The position numbers were made by a program, and so were the translations under genes. From a virus, in IMG/VR virus record IMGVR_UViG_3300048580_000526, positions 25,964 to 89,963 of that record: 64,000 nucleotides of DNA; one strand, given 5' to 3'. Under the pieces are notes generated by a model, which saw only the letters and a program-made list of their open reading frames with translations, ran no database searches and was not told the DNA's origin. Each line of letters opens with the position of its first letter. Position 1 is the stretch's first letter. Positions 10,502 through 22,500 of the stretch are shown here, one piece after another.

Positions 10502-11067
10502 CGATTTTCCCCAACCAGCATATCACGAACGAAGTTGAGTTCATTCTTGACGAACGAGACACAGATAATCTTGGCATAAACGATAGCCAGTCGGAAGATG
10601 GCTCGTTCAAAAGCACTATCCTTGCGAGGCGGGAAATTCAGTGAGATGTTAACCATCTCCCAAGCGAGGGAATTCTTGTATACCCGATACTTATCGAGGA
10701 AGCTATCAACACTGGTCTTGATCAGTTCCATGTTGTGGGTGGTAAACTGACCAGTACCATCGCCATGTTCGGCAATGACAGTCTTGAGATGCTCTCGCAG
10801 GTCACACTTGACTTGGGCTGGGGCATTACCAATGGCGTTATTGACATACCGACAAGCGATGACAACATTGTTGACCCGAATGCGACGATTGAATTCATCA
10901 TGGGTCAGCATGTTCATGCGGGACTTGGGGAAGATGTGTTCACGAGTGGGGAAATAAAACGTATCAGGGTGGGTGTCATGTTCGATGACACAATTCAACC
11001 CAGTATACCAACAAGAAGAACCCAGCCGATTAATCAGGCGGCTAATTCCACGCTTCTTGAGGGACAT
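10498..11067 (-). CDS. HNH-like endonuclease, paralog 2
   Basis: CWYTG...TREHIFPKS...NVVIACRYVNNAIGN; aligns with 10010..10501. Confidence 0.55.
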   Translation of the reverse strand: MSLKKRGISRLINRLGSSCWYTGLNCVIEHDTHPDTFYFPTREHIFPKSRMNMLTHDEFNRRIRVNNVVIACRYVNNAIGNAPAQVKCDLREHLKTVIAEHGDGTGQFTTHNMELIKTSVDSFLDKYRVYKNSLAWEMVNISLNFPPRKDSAFERAIFRLAIVYAKIICVSFVKNELNFVRDMLVGENR

Positions 11068-11095
11068 GATGTTTTCTCCAATTCGTTATATAGAT

Positions 11096-11123
11096 ATAAT
11101 ACCATGATTTAAAAAATTGTCAA
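11096..11123 (-). promoter_or_regulatory. sigma70-type early promoter for the HNH pair
   Basis: TTGACA-N16-TATTAT with extended TG on the minus strand. Confidence 0.5.
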
Positions 11124-11128
11124 GGGAA

Positions 11129-11401
11129 TTAATTTTGTTTTTGGAATCTTGGTTGTGATTGTTGGTTTGGTAATGTTGGGGGAATTGTTAACTGTTGTCG
11201 TTGACGTCGCAATTCATCCATTTTTTGTTGTTGTTCTAATAGATTTTTTCTTTCTATTTCATATAATAATAAATCTTTTTCTTTTATACATTCATAATCA
11301 TATGGTGAACAATTAGGTTTTAATGGTGTTGCAGAACTAATAACAGAAATACTCATTATAAACATTATTATTGATAATAATATTAATAGTTTATTTGACA
11401 T
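11129..11401 (-). CDS. hypothetical protein with signal peptide or TM helix
   Basis: Hydrophobic N-terminus LLILLSIIMFIMSISVIS and Gln-rich tail. Confidence 0.5.
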   Translation of the reverse strand: MSNKLLILLSIIMFIMSISVISSATPLKPNCSPYDYECIKEKDLLLYEIERKNLLEQQQKMDELRRQRQQLTIPPTLPNQQSQPRFQKQN

Positions 11402-11786
11402 TTTTTATCTCCTTCAAACAATCTCGTTCATCTTGTTTGGATTTTTTATCAGTTAGTATTTGTATTTGTGTTTGGTGTTGTGTAATAACATCAGTTAATT
11501 TCTTTAATTCAACATATGCTTGTGCAGGGATATTATTTTTATATTTACCTGTTATAATAGCTTCTTGTTGGTATAATTGGTGTAGTCCTTCTTTTAATGA
11601 ATATAATTCATATTTTATATCTATTTGTTTAATTGAACGGTCATTTAAACATTGAACATAATCAACATTTTCTTTTAGTGCAAATTTTGTTGTAATATAT
11701 GTCCATCCAGCTGTTCCTATTGATACTGCTGTTATTAATGCTGTTATTATATCTTTAAACTGTTTAACTTTATCTAATATTGCCAT
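11391..11786 (-). CDS. hypothetical membrane-anchored coiled-coil protein
   Basis: N-terminal TM IITALITAVSIGTAGWTYI followed by a helical region. Confidence 0.55.
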   Translation of the reverse strand: MAILDKVKQFKDIITALITAVSIGTAGWTYITTKFALKENVDYVQCLNDRSIKQIDIKYELYSLKEGLHQLYQQEAIITGKYKNNIPAQAYVELKKLTDVITQHQTQIQILTDKKSKQDERDCLKEIKNVK

Positions 11787-11794
11787 AGCAATAT

Positions 11795-12148
11795 TTAGAA
11801 TGTTTTTGTGCGATTTGTAATAATTTTTTCACTATTTATATTGACTGTTTTTTCAAATTCTACTTTGGCATCATAATAATTTTCAAAAAATGTAGTCAAT
11901 GATGAATATGCTGTTGTGCATTCTCTAACCACCCATACTTCCTCTTTTTTAAATTTTGTAATGGTTTTGATACCATCCATTTCATTATAACCAGTTATTA
12001 TTTTTTCTTTTTTTAATTGGATAAATGGCGTCCAAAATAATTCTTTATTATATTTTGTAGGCATAAAAAAAACCTCTTCATCGAATTGAAGAGGTATAAC
12101 GTTATTTGGGACTGTGAAATCGAATTCAAGTTGAGTTTCTAAAAGCAT
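11795..12148 (-). CDS. hypothetical protein
   Basis: AGGAG RBS before ATG 12148; TATAAATA late box at 12178-12185 (-). Confidence 0.5.
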   Translation of the reverse strand: MLLETQLEFDFTVPNNVIPLQFDEEVFFMPTKYNKELFWTPFIQLKKEKIITGYNEMDGIKTITKFKKEEVWVVRECTTAYSSLTTFFENYYDAKVEFEKTVNINSEKIITNRTKTF

Positions 12149-12249
12149 AGTGTGACTCCTTTTTAAATCATTTTTTATATTTATACAAAAACCCATTTTC
12201 CAATGTTGCGTTTTTAGCGTTTTTTGAAAAATATAAAAAATAAATTTAA

Positions 12250-12281
12250 ATTAACTCTATAGTTAATAAAAAAGATAAATA
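12250..12281 (+). promoter_or_regulatory. late promoter with upstream palindrome
   Basis: Identical 18-bp palindrome 12250-67, 6 nt, GATAAATA 12274-81. Confidence 0.7.
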
Positions 12282-12302
12282 AAAGCAAAGGAGTTTATAA
12301 AA

Positions 12303-12716
12303 ATGGTAAAAACGATTTATCCCGGTGACAAATTTAGAGGTTTCTCAACAGTTGGTGTAATTGATGGAAATTACAAATTAACTGATATTGACCTTGTGAA
12401 AAGAGATTTATTAAACGAGTTCATGACCCCTCAAGGTTCTCGTCGTCGGTTACCATTGTTCGGGAGTATTATTTGGGGATTAATTTTTGAGCCAATGACA
12501 AGTGGTGTTGCGAGTATGATTAAAGATGATATTACCCGTATCGTCAATCGTGACCCAAGATTGGAATTAATTGATGTATCGGTTTATGAAATTGAATATG
12601 GTTTTGGTGCTACTGTTACTGTTAAATATAACCCAACACAAACAGTTGAAGTTTTTACAGCTAATTTTGACCAAAGAGTATTGAATGATGAGTTTACAGG
12701 TTCGGGGACACTTTAA
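12303..12716 (+). CDS. baseplate wedge / sheath initiator, T4 gp25-like
   Basis: LTDIDLVKRDLLNEFMTPQGSRRRLPLFGSIIW..IFEP...DPR. Confidence 0.85.
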   Translation: MVKTIYPGDKFRGFSTVGVIDGNYKLTDIDLVKRDLLNEFMTPQGSRRRLPLFGSIIWGLIFEPMTSGVASMIKDDITRIVNRDPRLELIDVSVYEIEYGFGATVTVKYNPTQTVEVFTANFDQRVLNDEFTGSGTL

Positions 12717-12736
12717 AATTTGGAGAATGAAGAGAT

Positions 12737-15700
12737 ATGGCACAGGCTACGAGGCAGAATGAATTATTAGCAGCAGAGGTTTGGGAAACAATTTACCAAA
12801 GCTTTAGCTCTATAAATTTCGCAAGTTATGATTTTAATACCATTAGAACATCAATGGTAAATTATATTCGTGCAAATTATCCTGAAGATTATAACGATTG
12901 GATTGAAAGTTCAGAATTTATTTTCATATTAGATTTATTAGCCTACCTTGGGGAACAATTGGCATTCCGCTTTGACTTGAACGTTCGTGAAAATTTTATG
13001 GACACAGCAGAGAGAAAAGATTCCATTTTGCGTCTTGCCAGAATGTTATCCTATTCACCAAAGAGAAACTACCCAGCCTCTGGTTTATTGAAGATCGAAC
13101 AAATAACCACCACCGAATCGTTGGTTGATTCTAATGATAGAGATTTGTCCAATCGTGTCATTTCTTGGAATGATCCAGCCAATGCGGATTGGTTTGAACA
13201 ATGGGTTATTGTTATGAATGCTATTTTCACTAACACTAATCCGTTTGGTCGTCCAGTTAATCAAGGGACTATTTTGGGAATTCAAACAGAACTTTACACA
13301 ATGAACAACATGCCATTTACTATTCCAACAATGTCTTTTAGTGCTGATATTGATGGAACTGGAATGAATTTTGAAATCGTTAATCCAAACTTTACCGATG
13401 GTGAATATTTTTATGAAGTCCCGCCTAACCCAGTTAATTCATTTGGTTTATTATACCAAAACGATAGTTTGGGGAACAATTCTAACAATACAGGGTTCTT
13501 TTTCTACTTCAAAGAAGGCAATTTACAAAAAGAAGATTACTATTTACAAAACCCAACAGAAAATCGTGTTTTGGATATCAATACTACAGGTATCAACGAA
13601 CCTGACGTTTGGTTCCATGAAATAACAGACAATGGATTATTCATTCAAGAGTGGAAGAACGTCCCAACATTATTCGGGGAAAACATTATCTATAACTCCA
13701 TCGCAGCCACCGTTCGTAACATCTATACAGTAACCACAAGGGAAGACGAGCAAATTTCTTTACGTTTCGCTGATGGACGTTATGGCTCAATCCCACAAGG
13801 ATTTTATCGTTTATGGTATAGAACATCCAATGGCTTGGTTTATCGTATAAAGGCACAAGATATTCAACGTCAAGAAGTATCAATGCGTTATTATAATTCC
13901 AGAAATGAGTTGAATACTGTTACTTTTACGTTTTCATTGAAGGACACAGTTTCCAATTCACAACCAGCAGAAACAACTGAAGAAATTCGTGTTCGTGCCC
14001 CAAGAGTTTATTATACCCAAAATCGTATGGTGTCTGGTGAAGATTACAACTTATTCCCACAACGTTCAAACGTTGCAGTAAAGGTCAAGGCAGTTAATAG
14101 AACATATTCTGGTCACAGTCGTTATATTGATATCAACGATCCAACAGGGACTTATCAAAATACAAATGTTTTTTCTAATGATGGTATAATTTATAAAGCC
14201 AGAGAAGACACTTATAAGAATATTTCACGTTCAACAAATTTAACTCCAACACAAATAGTTATTGATGAACTTCAGCCATTATTGGTTACAACTGAAATGA
14301 AAAATTTCTTGTTTGAACAATTGGCATCACAATTCATTTTAACAGCTAATAATACTCCAAATATGCCCGGTACACCTAATGCAATTTTCTGGGTTCCAAT
14401 CACATGGACAGCATCAGATTCGACTATCTACAATCATACAGGTATATTCAGTACTTCAGTATCACAAGGCACTGGTGGGAATAATGCAGACTATATAACT
14501 GAAGGTGCAATGATAAAATTTGCGTCTGCTGGTTGGGTAAAAGTTGAAAGTATTGTTAATTATGGAAATGAATTCCCAAATAATGATAGAACAGTTGCAG
14601 GTGAAGTTGTGTTGTCAGCGATAGTTAAAACTGGTGATACTGTTTTGCAAATAAAACCTGCATTTGATACCACTTTGGTACAAGTTGAGATTTCATCATT
14701 TGAAACTTATATTCGTAATTCAAATACTTTTGCGATTCGTTATGATATTCCAACAAAAACTTGGAAAGCCATTGATGGTAACCATATTAACTTGACCAAC
14801 GATTTTAATTTATCCACTGCTGGTGATGTTTTAAATCAAAACAACGATTCATCATGGTTAGTATATGTTGAATACTCCCCAGATAGTTGGAACATTACTG
14901 CAAGAGGAATGATTTATGTTTTTGAATCTGTGAAGGACACAAGATTTTTCTACGTTAACAACTATAAAGTCACAGATTTGACTACAGGCTTGGCAAAAAG
15001 AGATTACATTAAAATAGTTTCCACTAACAAGCGTCCAACATCAAACCCAATGGTGTGGCAATCAAACACAGTTTACCAACAAGGAGAATTCGTTTTATAC
15101 AACGGGAAGACTTGGCGAGCCACTGTTGCCAATACAGCGTTAAACACCATTCCACAAACAGGTTCGACCTCTTGGGTTGAAGTCCCTGTTTCATCATTTG
15201 GGGAAGATTTATATTTTAAAGTTTATGATTCTTTTATATACAACGATGGGCATGTTGAAACTCGTCGTGTTAAAATTGACTTTTATGATTCCCAAGACGA
15301 TGGTTTACCAGACGACCCAGAAAGTTTTGAGAAAATTGTTATGAATGACTTTTTCAATGGTGATGTTCAACTTTCAGAAAGGTTCAGATATGCATTTTGG
15401 GAAACCTATACAGAGACAGATGGTTATCTTTACAAACGTCCAAATTTGAATGTTAGACAATTACCAAATTTGGAATCAGGTAACATTTACTATTATAGCA
15501 CAGCAGCAACAAATAAAATAACATCAATCACAAGTTATGCTAATATTTCCACCCCAACCCTAACAGGGGCTGCTATTGGCGATCTTTATATGATATATTT
15601 TGACATTGATGATAATAATTCAGCTTTAATTTGGCGTTACAGTGGTACAGCATGGGTTCCATTGACTGGCACGACTGTTGATGAAGATGTTGTTTATGCT

Positions 15701-16519
15701 AATGGATTGTTCTTCATTAGAACATTTGATGGTTCAAAAGCTGTTCCTAATTACTTTGAACAAGTTGATAACGTTTATGGTAATGTTGTGTTTGATTGGA
15801 AAAATAAAAAATTCTGGAAATGTGACCCTATCACTAACCCATTATTGCCTTGGACACAAGCTGCAGATGGAGCATATGAATATAATGTTGGGCGTGTTAA
15901 TTTGGATTACCAATGGAAACATTATGCACCAAGAGATCAACGAATTGACCCAGCAATTACAAATATTATTGATTTGTACGTATTGACTACAGAATATAAT
16001 AGGTCATTGCGTAATTGGATAGCTACAGGGACATTGACAACTGATAAACCACTACCACCAACAATTAATGAACTTCAAAGTTCTTTTACAGAATTTGAAG
16101 ATTTCAAGATGGTATCAGACCAATTAATTTGGAAGCCAGTTAGATATAAATTATTATTTGGTAATGCTGCAGATGACAATTTGAAGGCTATAATTAAAGT
16201 AGTGAAAACTAATAGCACAACAATGTCTGATGGTGAAATTAAGAGTGCAGTTATTACTGCGATAAATAATTACTTTAGTTTAGTGAATTGGGATTTTGGT
16301 GAAACTTTTTACTTTACAGACATGGCTGCATATATCCATCAACAGATGGCTACTATCATTGGTTCTATTGTTTTAGTACCATTAAATGCAGAAGCAAAGT
16401 TTGGAAATTTATTCCAAATTAAATGTGAATCTGATGAACTTTTTATAAGTTGTGCAGATGTTACAAACGTGACAATTGAGACTAATTTTAATAATTCAAC
16501 ATTAAGGATTGGGAAATAA
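12737..16519 (+). CDS. baseplate wedge protein, T4 gp6-like
   Basis: YDFNTIR...DYNDWIESSEF...ENFMDTAERKDSILRLARMLSYSPKR; FADGRYG; TQNRMVSGEDY; WDFGETFYF. Confidence 0.85.
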   Translation: MAQATRQNELLAAEVWETIYQSFSSINFASYDFNTIRTSMVNYIRANYPEDYNDWIESSEFIFILDLLAYLGEQLAFRFDLNVRENFMDTAERKDSILRLARMLSYSPKRNYPASGLLKIEQITTTESLVDSNDRDLSNRVISWNDPANADWFEQWVIVMNAIFTNTNPFGRPVNQGTILGIQTELYTMNNMPFTIPTMSFSADIDGTGMNFEIVNPNFTDGEYFYEVPPNPVNSFGLLYQNDSLGNNSNNTGFFFYFKEGNLQKEDYYLQNPTENRVLDINTTGINEPDVWFHEITDNGLFIQEWKNVPTLFGENIIYNSIAATVRNIYTVTTREDEQISLRFADGRYGSIPQGFYRLWYRTSNGLVYRIKAQDIQRQEVSMRYYNSRNELNTVTFTFSLKDTVSNSQPAETTEEIRVRAPRVYYTQNRMVSGEDYNLFPQRSNVAVKVKAVNRTYSGHSRYIDINDPTGTYQNTNVFSNDGIIYKAREDTYKNISRSTNLTPTQIVIDELQPLLVTTEMKNFLFEQLASQFILTANNTPNMPGTPNAIFWVPITWTASDSTIYNHTGIFSTSVSQGTGGNNADYITEGAMIKFASAGWVKVESIVNYGNEFPNNDRTVAGEVVLSAIVKTGDTVLQIKPAFDTTLVQVEISSFETYIRNSNTFAIRYDIPTKTWKAIDGNHINLTNDFNLSTAGDVLNQNNDSSWLVYVEYSPDSWNITARGMIYVFESVKDTRFFYVNNYKVTDLTTGLAKRDYIKIVSTNKRPTSNPMVWQSNTVYQQGEFVLYNGKTWRATVANTALNTIPQTGSTSWVEVPVSSFGEDLYFKVYDSFIYNDGHVETRRVKIDFYDSQDDGLPDDPESFEKIVMNDFFNGDVQLSERFRYAFWETYTETDGYLYKRPNLNVRQLPNLESGNIYYYSTAATNKITSITSYANISTPTLTGAAIGDLYMIYFDIDDNNSALIWRYSGTAWVPLTGTTVDEDVVYANGLFFIRTFDGSKAVPNYFEQVDNVYGNVVFDWKNKKFWKCDPITNPLLPWTQAADGAYEYNVGRVNLDYQWKHYAPRDQRIDPAITNIIDLYVLTTEYNRSLRNWIATGTLTTDKPLPPTINELQSSFTEFEDFKMVSDQLIWKPVRYKLLFGNAADDNLKAIIKVVKTNSTTMSDGEIKSAVITAINNYFSLVNWDFGETFYFTDMAAYIHQQMATIIGSIVLVPLNAEAKFGNLFQIKCESDELFISCADVTNVTIETNFNNSTLRIGK

Positions 16520-19500
16520 TGGCAAATAACGAACAACTTTTTATATACGCAGACATAATTCAAGTACCAGATAAAAGAAAAATGATTAAACAACTTCCAG
16601 GGGTTGTTCAAACACAAACATTGCAAAATTTCTTTTCTGCTACTGTGGATCATTTATTTCAACCAGTTCAAAGTGAACGTGTCGCAGGATATATTGGTCA
16701 AAAGCCATCATATTATGACCCATCCAAAGATTTTTATGTTCCAGAATTATCTCAAGAACGTTCAATTTATCAATTGGAACCATGTGCAACCACAAAAAAT
16801 GGTAATAGCATCACCAATGCAATTTTCTTCGCAGATTTATTACAAGCATTGCGTTCTGAAGGTGCTAATATAACCAACCAAAATCGTTTGTTTGAGCAAG
16901 ATTATTATTCTTGGTGTCCACCTATCAATTTGGATATGCTTATCAACTACTCCCAATACTATTGGCTTGAAAATGGTCCAGAACCAATTTTAGTTAAAAC
17001 AGCCACTGATATTGATACACAATTGGTTGGTAAGACAGCACCAGATGCAGCTGACTTGACTTTTGGTGATTCAGGTTCTGTAAAAATCACTTCTGGTATG
17101 AGAATAATATTATTAAACGACTCAAATCCAGCTTATAATGGAAAAACTATATCTATTGAAGGCGTTGGGAAAAGTATTTTTATCGTTGAATTTAATGAAA
17201 CAGACCTAAATTCTACACCATGGGATTTATTCCCTTGGGATAGGTTTGATTGGGATTTGAGTACTTTGACAAGTTCTGATTATATCATCATGGAACGAGG
17301 CTGTAAGGATACAAATTCTTGGGCAAGAAACAATCACTGGTATCATAAAGACGTTCTTTTGGCATCAAATACTTCATTGTTTACTAACATTAATAAACAA
17401 GCCAGTAGACCTATTATTTGTTTTGAACGCAACTTGGAACTTTATAATTATGGGGATTTTAGAAGAAGTTCTGTGGACCTTATTGATGTTGATTCACAAT
17501 CTATGGACCCATTTAATAATTTCCACCCACCACAAGGGGAACGTTGGGTATTATTACAGGTTGATGGTACGTTGCAATTTATTAATGAAAACAATGGGAT
17601 ATCATACCAAGAACAAATTAGAACATTAAAAGCACAATATCCGGAACAACCAGAAAAAGTTCAAATTATTAAAAATGGTAGTACGATTTTATTTACTGCT
17701 ATTATTGATAGCGATGTTAAAAACAACAAACCATATTTGGTAAAAATCGACAATCCAGTTTCAACAAGCAGTGTTAATTCTTGGGATTCTGAACCATTGG
17801 ATATTGATGTATGGGAAGAATCAGACCCAGACATTAGCTTATCATATTCTGAAATAATAACTGGATTCTTGCGTTTTACACCTGTCACTGACAGTCAAGA
17901 TGGAACAGCTGGACCAAACATTGGTGATATTATTAAAATAAAATTTGGTGAATATCAAGGGAAAGAGATGTGGTTTGATGGGCATAATTGGATTATCGCT
18001 CAAGAGAAGAAAGACGTTAACCAAGAACCATTATTCACCCTTTATGATGCTAACCCAAATGGTAATGTTGGGGTAAGATTGGATGATGAAACCCGTTACC
18101 CAGGAAGCTCATTCAAGGGAAATAAAATTTTTGGGTTCTTGTTGAACACAGATAATAGAACTGTAACAGATCAATATATTGGTAAAAAATTAACCTATAA
18201 TGAATGGGGCGAAATAAAGTATCAAGATTTCTTGGATATAGTAACTGACAACGATTTGGTTAATACTCGTTATACCTATACAAAATCAAAATACAATAAC
18301 CAACCAATATCAGGTTATTATTTCTGGAAAATTAAATCAGATGAATTTTATGGTAATAATTGGTGGACTGTTAACGAAACATCAAAACAATTTATCGTTG
18401 ATAATTTTATAGTAACATCTGACCAACCAATAATTAATAAACAAACATTCATTGGTGATGGGGTAACTTCATCGTTTATTTTGAATCATAATGTTCCAAC
18501 AAAAGATTATTTGAGGGTCGTGGTAAAAGATTCTACCACCAATACAAATATATTTTATAAAATGGATGATAATAGTAATAAGGTTGAATTTTATGACATT
18601 CCATCTGTTGGACAAGTTATAACTTTTTATCACTATAGTAAACCAAAATCTAATTTAGAATTTATTATCAGTCAAGAACCAGATGTTAATTTACTATTAA
18701 ATAAACAAGATAATTTGATGGTTTATATTAATGGAAAAGTCGCAACACCAGGTGAACATTATTTATTAGTTAACCAAAGAGAATTTGATGCCACAACACC
18801 TATTAGTAAAATAGCAATATTACAAACAACAGATTCAACAAACATTAGTATTATGAAAAATACTAACATTACAGTTAAATCATATTCTCCTCTCACACCT
18901 GATTTGGACATTAATGGGCACTATGAAATACCAAATAACTTGGCAATCAATCCAGATTGGAGTGAAGTATCTTATATAACATCAGACCAATTCTTACCAC
19001 AATTTAGTGCTATTATTAAGAACCAACCAAATTTTTCTGGTATTGAATATGAAGCCAATAATTGGAGAGATACTATACAGGATCGTTCACTTGGTAGGAC
19101 AATTATCCAACATACATCCCCATTATTGCGCCTTATGATAAGCAATGCCAATGATGATTTGGATTATATGAAGTCCAGTCGTTTTGTGGAAACAGAATAC
19201 ACCAGATTTAAAAATAAATTCTTACAAAAATTGACTAAATTTTGGATTAAAGATTTTATTCATGTAGACATAACATCAACCACAGAAGCACAAAGAAAAA
19301 TTGTAAAGAAAGCTGCCATTGATAGTATTATGAAAGAAATCAACCTTGGAAAAGTTTATAAGGTATCACCATTCTCATATTCCAATATGGCTGGTATGAA
19401 TTGGTTTATCCCCCCAACTCCAAGTTTTCTTGGATTATTCCCAACATTCAAACCAGAAAAATATGTTGATGATACTTACCTAACTCCTATTGAAGTTATC

Positions 19501-22500
19501 CAATGCCATGATGGTTCATTGTTGAAAACTTTTGGTGATTATCGTGATGAAATTATTTTGGAATTGGAAACATTAATTTATGAATCAATCCCATTAAAAT
19601 TTAGAGATGGAAATCCACATAATGCATTCCAATACAAACGTTATTTCCCAGGAAAATTCAGAACACAACTTTCGGAATATACAAGGGAAGAAATAAACAC
19701 CATTTCACAACCTATGTTTGAACGTTGGGTATCTGAAAACCAACAATCATATCGTCCACATACAGGATTTGATTATACAAATTTGTGGACTTATAACTGG
19801 TCCACTTCTACAGATAATTTGGGAAATCCAGTACCGGGACATTGGAGGGGAATCTTCAATTGGTTCTTTGATACAGATAGACCTCATACTCATCCATGGG
19901 AAATGTTAGGTTTCAGCGAAAGCCCTGACTGGTGGGAAACATATTATGGACCAGTCCCATATACAAGAGGGAACATGAACCTTTGGGAAGATTTGGAAAA
20001 AGGTATTATTCGTGAAGGTTCGAGGGCTGGTATTGATCCATATTATGCAAGACCTGGGCTATTGAATATATTACCAGTTGATGAATATGGACACTTGATA
20101 GACCCATGGACAGCAGGTATGTTGAGAAGAAAACCAAATTATTCAGAAGCAGAAGCAGATTGGGTATATGGTGATGGTTCACCAGTTGAAACAAAATGGA
20201 AAAAAACTTCACAATTCCCGTTTGCAATGTCACAAATTGGATATTTGATTAAACCAGCACGTTGGATGGAACAATGCTGGAACCCATTAGACGATGAATT
20301 TATTTATGACCAAAAACAATTAATCAGAAAGTCAACATTGAATAGAAGTTCTCATTCAAAATTCACAGTTCATGGTGAAACTTATAATGGGCAATTGGTT
20401 ATAAATTATGGTTATCAACAATGGATAACTGATCGCTTATTATCAAACAACAAATCACCTGGAAGCAATTTCGGTGATGTTATCAGGGCACTTGGTGTTC
20501 AACTTGGTTATAAGGTTGGTGGGTTCTGTAATCCATATACATTCTATGCTGATAACATTTTGGGTTCATTGCCAGCAGAAAATATTAATCAATTTTTATA
20601 CAGAAGCCCATCTGTCAGGGAAGAAATCTACAGTGGTGTAATCATTGAATGGACAGGACGTTCTTATAAAGTTTCTGGTTATGATTCCATAAATCCAGTG
20701 TTCAAGATCATCCCAAGCGACGTTTTTGGTAAGAAAGTATCACATGACGTTGGTGGGACTGTTACCATCCAACCACCAGAATGGCAACAAGGGATTCTTT
20801 ATAATGTTGGCGACACAGTAATGTTTAACTACACATATTATAAGGCTATTAAAACAAATCAATCCACTACTTATTTCGACCCTACAGTTTGGGTGGAGAC
20901 AACATTGAGTGCATCATTAAGTGGCACCACTGTTTTTGAATATTTGGAACCAATTTATGACAGACGTATTGAGACAATTCCATATGGTTATGAGTTTAGT
21001 TCAAGACAAGATACTTTTGATTTCTTGGTATCTTATCAACGCTATTTAATATCTCGTGGATGGGCATTTGATGATATTGATGAAACCACCACCAACGAAA
21101 AAATTGATTGGATATTATCAGGTAGATTGTTTGTTCAATGGTCATTGGAAAGAGATAAGAACGTTGGGACATTTATTAAATTATCCCCATATGCAATTCA
21201 TGCCCAATACAAATCCTCCTTTGGCTCTATCCAATCAATTGAGCAAGTTCTCAATGGTGTGTATAGCTTGTTGGATGAAAATGGCTTTATTATTGAACCT
21301 CATGATATAATTTCTATGCGTTCTGATGACGTTATGGATATCAATTTATTATTAAATGATCGTTCATTATCATCTGTTAGATTGTTCGTTAGTGAAATTG
21401 AGCATGTTATATTATTTGATAACGTCACAGTGTTCAATGATTTGATATTTGACCCATTATTTAACCAACGCCAAGTTCGTTTGAAGGTCGATGGCACCAG
21501 AACACTTGCATGGAATGGAAGAATTGATGCCCCTGGTTATATCATTAGTGATAATTTGATTTATCCAAACTTTGAAAAAACCGCCAAAGATTTCTTGCGA
21601 CTTTATGGCATTGAGGACGTTGTTGATAACGTTGAATTACAAAACCGTGCTCGTCACCTTATTGGATACCAAGAGCGTCCATATTTACAAAATCTTCTTT
21701 TGAGTCCAACCACAAATTTCCAATTCTACCAAGGGATGATTCATGCGAAGGGTTCTCGTGGAAGTATGACCAAATTATTCAGAAGCGAATATGTTTCAGA
21801 ATCAAGGGACTTCAAAATATTTGAAGAATGGGCGTTCAAGTTGGGCGACTACGGCGCAATTGACACCAACCCAACCATGGAGTTTTATTTAGACCCATTG
21901 AACGGAAAACAAATCACTGAAGACCCACAATTGGTTACCTTTAATGAATTACAAAACAGTTCATCCTTGCCAGCAGAACCAAGCGACCTCGATGATCGTT
22001 ATGATAATATTATTTCACTTTATGACTATTTTGAAGATGGTAAATTGGTAACACCAGATAAACGCTGGTTGCGCCGTCCAAATGGTATTGGTAATCTATG
22101 GGAAAAACGAGACTTTGGGTTCTATGCATCAGATATTCCAAACGCTGGTCCAATAAAATTAGATGAAGTTGATTATTTCATAACCAATACTACAGAATTA
22201 TTGAAATTCTCCACAAATTTACGTGTTGATAAAAACAAGTCATTGACAGATGGTGAAAGATTGTGGATATATGACACTGGTTGTGGTGATTGGAGTGTTT
22301 ATCGTGTTACAGGTGTTACATCAAATAGTGCAAGTGTAACATCTGTGAGTCTGAATGCATCAATTGACCAAGATTCATTGTGTGGTTTAGACGTTTCCAC
22401 AGTCACATTAATTCCTAATCAAAAAATGGATTTAACATCTGTACACAGTTTGGTAGATGGACAATATTTTGTTGTTGTTGAACAACCAAAGTACCCATTA

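Noticed and set aside
11129-11786. Overlapping membrane-protein pair as i-spanin/o-spanin or holin
   Set aside because: The second gene has no lipobox Cys at the end of its signal peptide and no endolysin is adjacent, so both are left as hypothetical.
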